A DNA stretch of 64,000 nt from an uncultured Gemmatimonadota bacterium. Its GTDB lineage: Bacteria > Blakebacterota > Blakebacteria > Blakebacterales > Blakebacteraceae. The notes beneath the pieces were generated by a model. It saw only the letters and a program-made list of their open reading frames with translations, was not told the DNA's origin and did no database searches. The position numbers and the translations under genes were made by a program. This document shows, in pieces, positions 32,576 through 41,307 of this stretch (the stretch's first letter is position 1; each line of letters opens with the position of its first letter). Location: the NCBI GenBank assembly GCA_964576115.1, contig CAZNUA010000001.1:62001-126000 (forward strand), written 5' to 3'.

Positions 32576-34384
32576 ATGAGTGAAGCAACGGGTTCCCCCG
32601 CTGCGGATGCTGTACGCATAGGCGTATTCATCTGTCACTGCGGCGGCAATATTTCAGATGTCGTAGATGTGGAGCGGGTCGCACAGGAGATCGGGACACT
32701 TCCCGATGTGGTTTTCTCGGTGACCGAACGGTTCACCTGCTCCGATCCCGGCCAGGCCCGGATCGAGGAGGCAATCAAGGAGCAGAATCTGAACCGGGTC
32801 ATCGTTGCGGCCTGTTCCCCCACCCTGCACGAGATGACTTTCAGACGCTGTGTCAATCGGGCCGGCTTGAATCCCTACCTCTTCGAGCACGTCAATATCC
32901 GGGAGCAGGTCTCCTGGGTCATCGAAGACCACGAGGCCGCCACCCGCAAGGCCACCCGCCTTCTCAGCGCCTCGGTGGGACGCATCAGGCATCTGGAGCC
33001 GCTGGAGAAGAGGAACATCCCGATCCACAAGGCGGCCCTGGTCATCGGCGGCGGCCTGGCCGGATGCAAAGCCGCCCTCGACCTGGCCCGGCGGGGTGTG
33101 GATGTCTTCCTGATCGAGAAGAGCGACCGGCTGGGGGGCCGCTTCCTCGAGCTCTACGAGGTCTTCCCCACCGGCGAGAAGGCAGCCGACATCATCGGCC
33201 CCCTCGTCACACAGGTCCAGGAACATCCCCGCATCACGGTCCATACCGAAGCCGAACTCAGAGACACGACCGGCAGCGTGGGCGACTTCCACACCACCGT
33301 GGCCGTCAACGGCTCCGAAGTCGAGATCCACTCGGGGGTGATCATCCTCGCCGTCGGCCTCGATCTCTACGAGCCCCGGGCGGGCGAATACGGGGCGGGA
33401 ACCTCTCCGGCGGTCATCAGCCTGCTCGAGCTGCAGAGCATGCTCGATCCCGAGGGCCCGACCGGCGGCCGTCTCGAGGTCGAGGGGCGCCCGGTCCGCA
33501 ACGTGGCCTTCCTGCACTGTGTCGGCAGCCGGCAGTGGGCCGACGTACACGAAGCGGGCGAAGACGGCAAGGTCAACGACTACTGCAGCCGCTACTGCTG
33601 TACCGCCATCATGCATTCGGCGGTGGAGATCAAGAAGCGCTGGCCCGAGGTCAACGTCTTCGACTTCTTCGAGGACATCAGGACCTACGGACGGGGACAT
33701 GAGGAGTACTATACCGAGGCGGGCGAGCGCGGGGTTCTCTTCCTGCGCTTCGATCCTCACCATCCGCCCGTGGTCGTCCCCGATCCGAAGGGGGAATCTC
33801 CCCTGACGGTGACCTGCCGCGACCGTTGGACGCTCGACGAAGAAATCGAAGTGCCTGCCGACATGGTCGTCCTGGCGACCGGTTTTGTGCCCACCGACAT
33901 GTCCACCCTGATCGACCTGTATCGCTGTTCGCGCGGTGCCGACCGTTTCCTGCTCGAAGCCCACCCGAAACTGCGGCCGGTCGAGCTGGCCAGCTTCGGT
34001 CTTTTCCTGGCCGGCTCGGCCCAGGGCCCGATGGACGGCACCGAGGCCTCGGCTTCGGCCTCGGCTGCAGCCTCGAAGGCCGCCGCTCTGGTAGCCCGCG
34101 GATTCATCGAGCTGGATCCTTTCATCGCCAAGGTGAACGAGGATCTCTGCACGGGGTGCGAGACCTGTCTGAACATCTGTCCCTTCGACGCCATCACCAA
34201 GGACGAGGAAAAGGAAATCGCAACGATCAGCGAAGCACTCTGCACCGGCTGTGGAACGTGCGCTGCAACCTGTCCGAGCAGCGCCATCCAGCAGCTCGGT
34301 TTCAACGATGCCGAGGTGATGTCCGAGGTTCTGGCTCTGCTCGGTGTCCTCCACACCGAGCAAGAACCGGTCACCACCGGCTGA
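32576..34384 (+). CDS. hdrA: HdrA-family flavoprotein (QmoB-like: N-terminal domain, FAD domain, C-terminal 2[4Fe-4S])
   Basis: IGVFICHCGGNI, AACSP, NIREQ, IGGGLAG, HCVGSR, YCSRYCC and two C-terminal CxxCxxCxxxCP. Confidence 0.93.
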   Translation: MSEATGSPAADAVRIGVFICHCGGNISDVVDVERVAQEIGTLPDVVFSVTERFTCSDPGQARIEEAIKEQNLNRVIVAACSPTLHEMTFRRCVNRAGLNPYLFEHVNIREQVSWVIEDHEAATRKATRLLSASVGRIRHLEPLEKRNIPIHKAALVIGGGLAGCKAALDLARRGVDVFLIEKSDRLGGRFLELYEVFPTGEKAADIIGPLVTQVQEHPRITVHTEAELRDTTGSVGDFHTTVAVNGSEVEIHSGVIILAVGLDLYEPRAGEYGAGTSPAVISLLELQSMLDPEGPTGGRLEVEGRPVRNVAFLHCVGSRQWADVHEAGEDGKVNDYCSRYCCTAIMHSAVEIKKRWPEVNVFDFFEDIRTYGRGHEEYYTEAGERGVLFLRFDPHHPPVVVPDPKGESPLTVTCRDRWTLDEEIEVPADMVVLATGFVPTDMSTLIDLYRCSRGADRFLLEAHPKLRPVELASFGLFLAGSAQGPMDGTEASASASAAASKAAALVARGFIELDPFIAKVNEDLCTGCETCLNICPFDAITKDEEKEIATISEALCTGCGTCAATCPSSAIQQLGFNDAEVMSEVLALLGVLHTEQEPVTTG

Positions 34385-34396
34385 CGGAGGAGAGGA

Positions 34397-34903
34397 ATGA
34401 GCGAAGAGGTCATCACACAGGATGTGCAGACGGTACCGGAGAACTGGGAACCGAAGATCGTCGGATTCCTCTGCTACTGGTGCTCGTACTCCGGAGCCGA
34501 CGGCGCCGGCACAGCCCGGATGAAGTACGCCCCCAACGTGGACATCATCAAGGTGATGTGCAGCGGGCGGATCGATCCCGAGCTGATCACCACGGCTTTC
34601 GCCAACGGTGCTGACGGCGTCATGGTCGCGGGGTGCCATATCGGCGACTGCCACTATATGACGGGCAATCACAAGACCATGGCCCGGATGCCCCTGCTCA
34701 AGCGGATCCTGGACGAACTGGGTATAGAGGCCGACCGGTTCCGCCACGAGTGGATCAGCGCCGCCGAAGGGGCCAAGTTCGCCGCGACCGTCTCCGACCT
34801 GACCGAGAAGGTTCGCGCCCTCGGCCCGCTGAACTGGCCCGAGCTCATGCATGAACGGGGAGTCGGCCACGGCCACGACCTCAAGCCCTGGGGTGAAGAG
34901 TGA
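34397..34903 (+). CDS. mvhD: Methyl-viologen-reducing hydrogenase delta subunit ([2Fe-2S])
   Basis: FLCYWCSY, VMCSGRID, GCHIGDCHY and WISAAEG motifs. Confidence 0.96.
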   Translation: MSEEVITQDVQTVPENWEPKIVGFLCYWCSYSGADGAGTARMKYAPNVDIIKVMCSGRIDPELITTAFANGADGVMVAGCHIGDCHYMTGNHKTMARMPLLKRILDELGIEADRFRHEWISAAEGAKFAATVSDLTEKVRALGPLNWPELMHERGVGHGHDLKPWGEE

Positions 34904-35889
34904 TGAGTGAAAACGACACCGGCACGACACAGCAGAAGCTCAAGGTCGGGATGTACTGGGCGGCCAGCTGCGGCGGCTGCGACATCTCCCTGCTCGAAAT
35001 CGGTCCTCACATCCTCGAGCTGATCGAGATCGCAGACATCGCCTTCTGGCCCTGCGCCGCCGATTTCAAATATCAGGATGTGGCGAACTACCCCGACGAG
35101 TACATCGACGTCTGTTTCTACAACGGCGCCATCCGGACCAGTGAACAGGAACAGATCGCCCGGCTGCTCAGGCAGAAGAGCAAGTCGCTGATCGCGTACG
35201 GGGAGTGCGCGGTCGACGGCGGGATCCCGGCCCTGGCCAACCTGAAGGACGTGCCGGGGATCTTCGATGCGGCCTACCACACCAATCCGTCGATCGACAA
35301 TCCCGAGGGCACCGAGCCGCTCCCGATCTCCGAATGCGAGCAGGGCGAGCTGGAAATTCCCGAGTTCTACGATCAGGTCCTGCGCCTGCAGGATGTCGTT
35401 CCGGTCGACTACGTCATCCCGGGCTGCCCGCCGCAGGCCGAACGGGTCTGGGAGGCGATCGTGGCCGTGACCGGCGGTGCGGTGCCGCTGAAAAATACCA
35501 ACGTCCGGGTGGCGGTCTTCGACAAGTCGGTCTGCGACGAGTGCCCGCGCGAGAAACGGCATGAGAAGATCACCGGCTTCAAGCGCCCGCACGAGGTCCG
35601 TCCCGAACCCGACTGGTGCCTGCTCGAGCAGGGTCTGATCTGCATGGGACCGGCCACCCGCAGCGGTTGCGGCGCGCTCTGCATCAAGGGGGGCCTGCCC
35701 TGCCGGGGCTGTTACGGTCCCTCGGGCGAGGTCGAGGACCAGGGTACGGCCATGGTCAGCGCCATCGCCTCGATCCTGGATGCCACCGACGAGGAGACCG
35801 CCCGGGAAATGATCGCCCAGATCGTCGATCCGGCCGGCACGTTCTACCGGTTCAGTATGGCTTCGAGCCACATGAAAGCACGCAAGTAG
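34903..35889 (+). CDS. mvhG: Group 3c [NiFe]-hydrogenase small subunit
   Basis: ASCGGC, GECA, PGCPP, VCDECP, CLLEQGLICMGPATRSGC and CRGCYG motifs. Confidence 0.95.
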   Translation: MSENDTGTTQQKLKVGMYWAASCGGCDISLLEIGPHILELIEIADIAFWPCAADFKYQDVANYPDEYIDVCFYNGAIRTSEQEQIARLLRQKSKSLIAYGECAVDGGIPALANLKDVPGIFDAAYHTNPSIDNPEGTEPLPISECEQGELEIPEFYDQVLRLQDVVPVDYVIPGCPPQAERVWEAIVAVTGGAVPLKNTNVRVAVFDKSVCDECPREKRHEKITGFKRPHEVRPEPDWCLLEQGLICMGPATRSGCGALCIKGGLPCRGCYGPSGEVEDQGTAMVSAIASILDATDEETAREMIAQIVDPAGTFYRFSMASSHMKARK

Positions 35890-35902
35890 AGGTGGGTGTG
35901 AG

Positions 35903-37417
35903 ATGACGACTCCACATGTGAAGACCAAAGAGGGTTACCGGCGGATCAGCATCGATCCGATCACCCGGCTTGAAGGACACGGGAAGATCGACATCTTCCT
36001 CGACTCAGCGGGCGAGGTGGCCGATGTCTACTTCCAGGTGCCCGAACTGCGCGGCTTCGAGAAGTTCTGCGAAGGCCGGCCGGTGGAGGAACTGCCCCGG
36101 ATCACGACCCGTATCTGCGGCGTCTGTCCCGAGGCTCACCTCATGGCCTCGGCCAAGGCGTGCGACGCCGTCTATGACGCCGAATTGCCCCTGACGGCGA
36201 AGATGCTGCGCGAACTGCAGTACAACATCTTCTACGTCACCGACCACACCACCCACTTTTATGCTCTGGGGGCACCCGATTTCGTGATGGGCCCGGATTC
36301 CGATCCGGCCCTGCGCAACCTGATCGGGGTGATCGGCAAGGTCGGACTGGAGATCGGCAGCAAGGTCATCCAGTGCCGGCAGTGGGGTCATGAAGCCGCG
36401 TCGATTTTCGGCGGCAAGCCGGTCAACCCGATCAACGCCATTCCGGGGGGCATGTCGAAGCCGATTTCGGCCGAGGAGCGCGACCGCCTGGATGAGATCT
36501 GCTCCTTCATGGTCGAATTCGGCGAATTCACCATCCAGTTGCTCAAGGATGTGGTCCTCGCCAACGAGGCCTATGTCGACCTCATCCTCAACGGGCCTTA
36601 CTACCACGAGACCTACTCGATGGGCCTGGTGGACGAGAACAACCGGGTCAATTTCTACGAGGGTCAGGTGCGGGTGGTCGACCCCGAGGGCAAGGAGTTC
36701 TGCAAGTACGCCCCGGCCGACTACGCCGAGCACGTGGCCGAGCGGGTCGAACCGTGGAGCTACCTGAAGTTCCCCTACCTGAAAAAGGTGGGCTGGAAGG
36801 GCTTCGTGGATGGCATGGACTCGGGGGTCTACCGGGCTACGCCACAGTCGCGCCTGAACGCCTCGAACGGCATGAACAGCCCCAAGGCGCAGGCAGCGTA
36901 CGAGGAGTACTTCGAGACCCTGACCGGCGACCGGAACGGTTCGAAGCCGGTCCATCACACCCTGGCCATCCACTGGGCGCGGGTAGTGGAGCTGATGAAC
37001 GCCGCCGAGCGCTCCCTGGAGCTGATCCGGCATCCCGAGATCACCGACCCCGAGAACTACCGGGTCGTCTGCGACAAGACCCCCTCGGAGGGGGTCGGGA
37101 TCGTCGAAGCCCCGCGCGGCACGCTCACCCACCACTACGTGACCGATTCGAACGGCATCGTGCAGAAAGCCAACCTGATCGTGGGCACCACCAACAACAA
37201 CGCCCCGATCTGCATGTCGGTCAAGAAAGCCGCCCAGGGATTGATCACGAAAGGGACCGAGATCACCGAGGGCGTGCTGAACATGGTCGAGATGGCCTTC
37301 CGGGCTTACGACCCCTGTTACGGCTGCGCCACCCACTCCCTGCCCGGCCAGATGCCGATGATCGTGCGGCTGCGCGATGTCGACGGCACCGTTCTGGAAG
37401 AAGCCCGGCGGGACTGA
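35903..37417 (+). CDS. mvhA: Group 3c [NiFe]-hydrogenase large subunit
   Basis: TRLEGH, L1 motif RICGVC, L2 motif DPCYGCATH with a cleavable C-terminal extension. Confidence 0.96.
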   Translation: MTTPHVKTKEGYRRISIDPITRLEGHGKIDIFLDSAGEVADVYFQVPELRGFEKFCEGRPVEELPRITTRICGVCPEAHLMASAKACDAVYDAELPLTAKMLRELQYNIFYVTDHTTHFYALGAPDFVMGPDSDPALRNLIGVIGKVGLEIGSKVIQCRQWGHEAASIFGGKPVNPINAIPGGMSKPISAEERDRLDEICSFMVEFGEFTIQLLKDVVLANEAYVDLILNGPYYHETYSMGLVDENNRVNFYEGQVRVVDPEGKEFCKYAPADYAEHVAERVEPWSYLKFPYLKKVGWKGFVDGMDSGVYRATPQSRLNASNGMNSPKAQAAYEEYFETLTGDRNGSKPVHHTLAIHWARVVELMNAAERSLELIRHPEITDPENYRVVCDKTPSEGVGIVEAPRGTLTHHYVTDSNGIVQKANLIVGTTNNNAPICMSVKKAAQGLITKGTEITEGVLNMVEMAFRAYDPCYGCATHSLPGQMPMIVRLRDVDGTVLEEARRD

Positions 37418-37471
37418 GGGGAAACGACCGGAGAAAGAGCCTGACGCACCGTCAGAGATGAGGGAAAGAGC

Positions 37472-38770
37472 ATGGCAGAGTCAGACAAGCAGTACGACGC
37501 AGTGGTGATTGGCGGGGGCATCGCCGGCATGCAGGCCTCCCTGGACCTGGGCGATCAGGGCTACCGCGTGCTGCTGGTGGAGAAGGAGCCTTCCATCGGC
37601 GGAGTCATGGTGGGTCTGAACAAGGTTTTTCCCACCCTGGACTGTTCGAGCTGCATCTGTACCCCCCGGATGGCCGAGACCGCCCACCACGAGAACATCA
37701 CCCTGCAGGCCTACACCGAGGTGAAGAAGGTCTCCAAGAACGGGACCGGCTTCCATGTGGAACTGATCGAGAAGCCGCGCTATGTAGACGCCGAAGCCTG
37801 CATTGGCTGCGGCCAGTGCGAACTGGCCTGCCCGGTGGACGTGCCGCACGAGTTCGACTACGGGCTAGGGGCGCGACGGGCGATTTACATCCCCCACGCC
37901 AACGCCATCCCGCAGGTCGCCACCCTTGATGTGGAGCACTGCACCTTCTGCGGCAAGTGCGCCACGGTCTGTCCCGTCGAATGCGTTGATTATCTGCAGC
38001 AGCCCGAAGAGGTCACGATCGAGGCCGGGGCCGTTATCGTCACCACCGGGCTCGAACTGATCCCGATGGAAGACAAGCAGGAGTGGGGCGGCGGGAAGCT
38101 GATCAACGTTCTCAATCCCCTGGCGGTGGAGCGGATTCAGTCCTCCGACGGTCCCTACGGGCACATCATGCGACCCTCCGACGGCAAGGTGGCCACTTCG
38201 ATCGCCTATGTGCAGTGCGCCGGCAGCCGCGATCAGTCGATGGGCTACCCCTACTGCTCGCGGGTCTGCTGCATGTACGCTCTGAAACAGGCCATCCTGA
38301 CCAAGGGCTACGGCGATGTGGAGATCACCATCTACCACATGGACATCCGGGCTTTCGGCAAGGGCTTCGAGCAGTTCTACCGGCGGGCGATGGACGACGG
38401 CATCAGGATCGTGAACGGCAAGGTGGCGCGGATCACAGAGGATGCCGATCACAACCCGGTGCTGCGGGTCGAGCTGCTCGACGAGGGCGGTCAGGTCGTC
38501 GAGCGCACCTACGACATGGTCGTTCTCTCGCAGGGTCTGCGGGCCGGCTGGCACCCGGAGGGTGTGCTCGGCGCCCGCGAGGACGAGGACGGCTTCTTCG
38601 AGATCCCCAACCTCAAACTCTACCCGACAGTGAGCTCGATCGAGGGCGTCTTCGTGGCCGGCGTGGCCGCCGGTCCGAAGGATATCCCCGACGCCATTGT
38701 CGAAGCAGGATCGGCCGCCATGGAAGCGGCCAACTATCTGGAGGCGACCCGCACGGTGGCCGCCACCTGA
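37472..38770 (+). CDS. hdrA: Second HdrA-family flavoprotein (QmoA-sized, inserted ferredoxin, no N- or C-terminal extra domains)
   Basis: IGGGIAG, KVFPTLDCSSC, two inserted CxxCxxCxxxCP, QCAGSRD, YCSRVCCMYALK and GPKDI. Confidence 0.92.
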   Translation: MAESDKQYDAVVIGGGIAGMQASLDLGDQGYRVLLVEKEPSIGGVMVGLNKVFPTLDCSSCICTPRMAETAHHENITLQAYTEVKKVSKNGTGFHVELIEKPRYVDAEACIGCGQCELACPVDVPHEFDYGLGARRAIYIPHANAIPQVATLDVEHCTFCGKCATVCPVECVDYLQQPEEVTIEAGAVIVTTGLELIPMEDKQEWGGGKLINVLNPLAVERIQSSDGPYGHIMRPSDGKVATSIAYVQCAGSRDQSMGYPYCSRVCCMYALKQAILTKGYGDVEITIYHMDIRAFGKGFEQFYRRAMDDGIRIVNGKVARITEDADHNPVLRVELLDEGGQVVERTYDMVVLSQGLRAGWHPEGVLGAREDEDGFFEIPNLKLYPTVSSIEGVFVAGVAAGPKDIPDAIVEAGSAAMEAANYLEATRTVAAT

Positions 38771-38797
38771 GACACGAACCCGGGCATGAGGTCGATC

Positions 38798-39082
38798 ATG
38801 GCTGAGAAAGAACAGACACCGATCCAGATTTTCCGCGAGCGACAGGGCGGGATAGCCCCCGAACTGAAGGAATACGTGAAGGAGCAGAACACCGCCCGCA
38901 AGGTCATCCGCAACGCCCTGGGCTCGGGTGCCAGAACGGTTCCGGAGATTGCGAGTGAAAGTGGACTGGATTCCAGCGCCGTAATGTGGCACGTTATGGC
39001 CATGAAGAGATACGGCGAGGTACTCGAAGCCGGACGCGAGGGCGACTACTACACGTACCAGCTGAAGGGAGATGGCCGATGA
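38798..39082 (+). CDS. Small winged-helix protein within the hydrogenase operon
   Basis: TVPEIASESGLDSSAVMWHV HTH followed by a beta wing; ATGA overlap with the next gene. Confidence 0.8.
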   Translation: MAEKEQTPIQIFRERQGGIAPELKEYVKEQNTARKVIRNALGSGARTVPEIASESGLDSSAVMWHVMAMKRYGEVLEAGREGDYYTYQLKGDGR

Positions 39083-40233
39083 GTTCCCGGGTCGACACAC
39101 AGGTGGTCAAGGATCTGGCCTCCTACGGCGGCGACACGGCCACCGAATGCTTCAACTGCGGCAACTGCACCGCAGTCTGCGGACTGACTGACAACGACGC
39201 CAGCTTCCCGCGTAAATTTATCCGTTACATCCAGCTCGGCCTCAAAGACAAGATGAAGAGTTCGATCGATCCCTGGATGTGTTACTACTGCGGCGAGTGC
39301 AGCGACACCTGCCCGCGGGATGCCGAGCCGGGCAAACTGATGATGGCCGCCCGCCGCTGGCTGACCGCGGCCTATGACTGGACCGGCATCAGCCGCCTCA
39401 TGTACCAGAAGGAATGGACCGAATTCCTCTTCCTGGGAATCGTGGCGGCGGTCGTGGTGGCCCTGTTCACCATCCCCGCCAACTTCGGGTTCAACCTGCT
39501 GGCCCAGCATCCTGAAGCGCGCGAAACGGTGATGCTCCATTCTTTCGCGCCCAAGGAGATCGTTCACGTCGGCGACCTCATCCTGGCCGGCCTGCTGTCT
39601 TTCTTCCTGCTCACCAATGCCGCCCGCATGGTCAGCTGGACCATGAAGGGCTCGGGGGCCGGGCTGGGTTCCTACGTGGCCGAGTTCAAGGAGATGGTCA
39701 TCCACGGCCTGACCCAGAAGCGGTGGTCCAAGTGTGAGACCAGCTCGGGCAAGCACTGGATCAGGCACATCTTCCTGGTGACCGGTTACGGCACCATGTT
39801 CCTGCTGGTCGTGGCCCTGTTGCCGATCTTCCAGATCGAGGACGCCAGCTTCCACTGGACCTCGCTCCTCGGCTATTACGGCACCCTGGTCCTGCTTGCC
39901 GTCTCCACCTGGCTGCTGATCGACCGGGCCCAGGGCAAGGACCAGATCCACAAGGATAGTCACCTTTCGGACTGGCTCTTCCCGATCCTGCTGCTGCTGA
40001 CTGCCCTTTCGGGGATCATGTTGCACCTGTTCCGGATCTTCGACCAGCCCATGCCGGCCTATGTCATGTACGTGGTGCACCTGGCCATCGCGGTGCCGAT
40101 GCTGGCCGTGGAGGTGCCCTTCGGGAAGTGGGCCCACCTGCTCTACCGGCCCACCGCCGCCTATCTCAGCGCGGTGCGGAAGCGCGCGGAGGCCACCGCC
40201 ACCCAGCCCGCTCTGCAGCCCGAAGCCGCCTGA
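39079..40233 (+). CDS. QmoC-like membrane protein (HdrC-type 2[4Fe-4S] plus cytochrome-b-like TM domain)
   Basis: CFNCGNCTAVC and PWMCYYCGECSDTCP, about 6 hydrophobic segments with His residues, YVVHL and KWAHLLYRP. Confidence 0.85.
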   Translation: MSSRVDTQVVKDLASYGGDTATECFNCGNCTAVCGLTDNDASFPRKFIRYIQLGLKDKMKSSIDPWMCYYCGECSDTCPRDAEPGKLMMAARRWLTAAYDWTGISRLMYQKEWTEFLFLGIVAAVVVALFTIPANFGFNLLAQHPEARETVMLHSFAPKEIVHVGDLILAGLLSFFLLTNAARMVSWTMKGSGAGLGSYVAEFKEMVIHGLTQKRWSKCETSSGKHWIRHIFLVTGYGTMFLLVVALLPIFQIEDASFHWTSLLGYYGTLVLLAVSTWLLIDRAQGKDQIHKDSHLSDWLFPILLLLTALSGIMLHLFRIFDQPMPAYVMYVVHLAIAVPMLAVEVPFGKWAHLLYRPTAAYLSAVRKRAEATATQPALQPEAA

Positions 40234-40263
40234 TTTCGGGCCTCGACAGTCTGTCACGCGAAC

Positions 40264-40297
40264 CGCCCGCCTTGCCTTCGGACAGGGCGGGCGTTTT
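40264..40297 (+). terminator. Intrinsic terminator after the qmoC-like gene
   Basis: CGCCCGCC...cUUCGg...GGCGGGCG followed by TTTT. Confidence 0.7.
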
Positions 40298-40411
40298 CCT
40301 GCCGGGATTTGGATTCGATCCGTTCCGGTCACAGCAGGCCGCAGGGAGAAGGGGCAGGGTTCGAGGGAAAGAACGTGATGAGCGGGAGAGCGATATGAGC
40401 GGAAAAAGGTC

Positions 40412-40897
40412 ATGAGCGGCAGACGGATCGCCGTCCTCGGTCTGGGCAATCCCATTCTCAAGGACGACGCCGTGGGGCTGAAAGTGATCGAAGAACTGGA
40501 CCGGATCCTGGCCGCCGAGCCCAGCCCCGGTGTCGAACTGCTCACCAGCCAGAGAGCGGGATTCGAAGTAATCGATCGGCTCTCGGGCTATGACGAGGTC
40601 ATTATCGTCGACGCCTTTCAGGCCCCCGACACCCGACCGGGCCGGATCAGGCAGGTCGAGATGAGCGAGATCGCCGGGAGCGCCCGCTTGATGTCGGTTC
40701 ACGAGATCGGGCTCGAGGCAGCTTTCGAACTCGCCCACACCCTCGACATCCCGATGCCCGATACGGTTTCGATCATCGGTATCGAAGCCGACGACGTGTA
40801 TGAGTTCGGGGAGGAAATGAGTCCCGAGGTCGCGGCGGCCGTCGGACCGGTCGTGGAGGACATCATCGCCCGCCTGAGGAGCCTAAATACCCCCTAA
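40412..40897 (+). CDS. Hydrogenase maturation protease
   Basis: LGLGNPILKDDAVG, IIVDA and SVHEIG motifs. Confidence 0.95.
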   Translation: MSGRRIAVLGLGNPILKDDAVGLKVIEELDRILAAEPSPGVELLTSQRAGFEVIDRLSGYDEVIIVDAFQAPDTRPGRIRQVEMSEIAGSARLMSVHEIGLEAAFELAHTLDIPMPDTVSIIGIEADDVYEFGEEMSPEVAAAVGPVVEDIIARLRSLNTP

Positions 40898-40937
40898 AAA
40901 AAGCCACCCCCTGCACCGGAGAGGTGAAGGGGGTAGC
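40896..40937 (-). terminator. Intrinsic terminator acting on the minus strand
   Basis: GCUACCCCCUUCACC-UCUCC-GGUGCAGGGGGUGGC-UUUUUUU. Confidence 0.8.
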
Positions 40938-41150
40938 AACCCGAACGGATACCGGTGCGAGCGCGAGGAGGTACGGCTGTCCGTTCAGGTATCAGGACTC
41001 TGGTGGACCAGAGAGTGCCCACCCGTTTTGCATTCGGCTCTGCCTTGCCGACCCTGGTGTCACCGTCGTCCCGATGCTCTGTCGTTCTCAAAGAAGGCGT
41101 CGCGCGCCCCGGGATTCAGTCGCGCGTGCTGCGGGGGCGCCCGACTGACA
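40896..41150 (-). ncRNA. Putative structured non-coding RNA (~250 nt), family not recognised
   Basis: Minus-strand-oriented terminator with a 7-U tail and no credible minus-strand CDS feeding it; several helices; AT-rich promoter-like region at 41150-41215. Confidence 0.5.
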
Positions 41151-41307
41151 TACAATAAGCTAAAGTCCCCCTCCGACCGAGAAAAGGATAAAAAGGCCCG
41201 ATTTTCAATTTTTTCCCGGCCGGGATTTCAGGTGGCTCCTCGAAGGAGGGAAGAATAGAGTGGAGGAAGCCGCAAGCCCCGCTCCCCGATGAGGAGAGAG
41301 AGTCGCC

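Noticed and set aside
32576-38770. Selenocysteine in HdrA, MvhD or MvhA
   Set aside because: All are uninterrupted and have Cys at the usual Sec positions (DCSSC, CHIGDC, DPCYGC).
40896-41150. tmRNA, 6S, SRP or RNase P identity for the putative RNA (it contains UCCACCA)
   Set aside because: No T-arm precedes UCCACCA, there is no end-to-end 6S rod, and no SRP or RNase P consensus is present.
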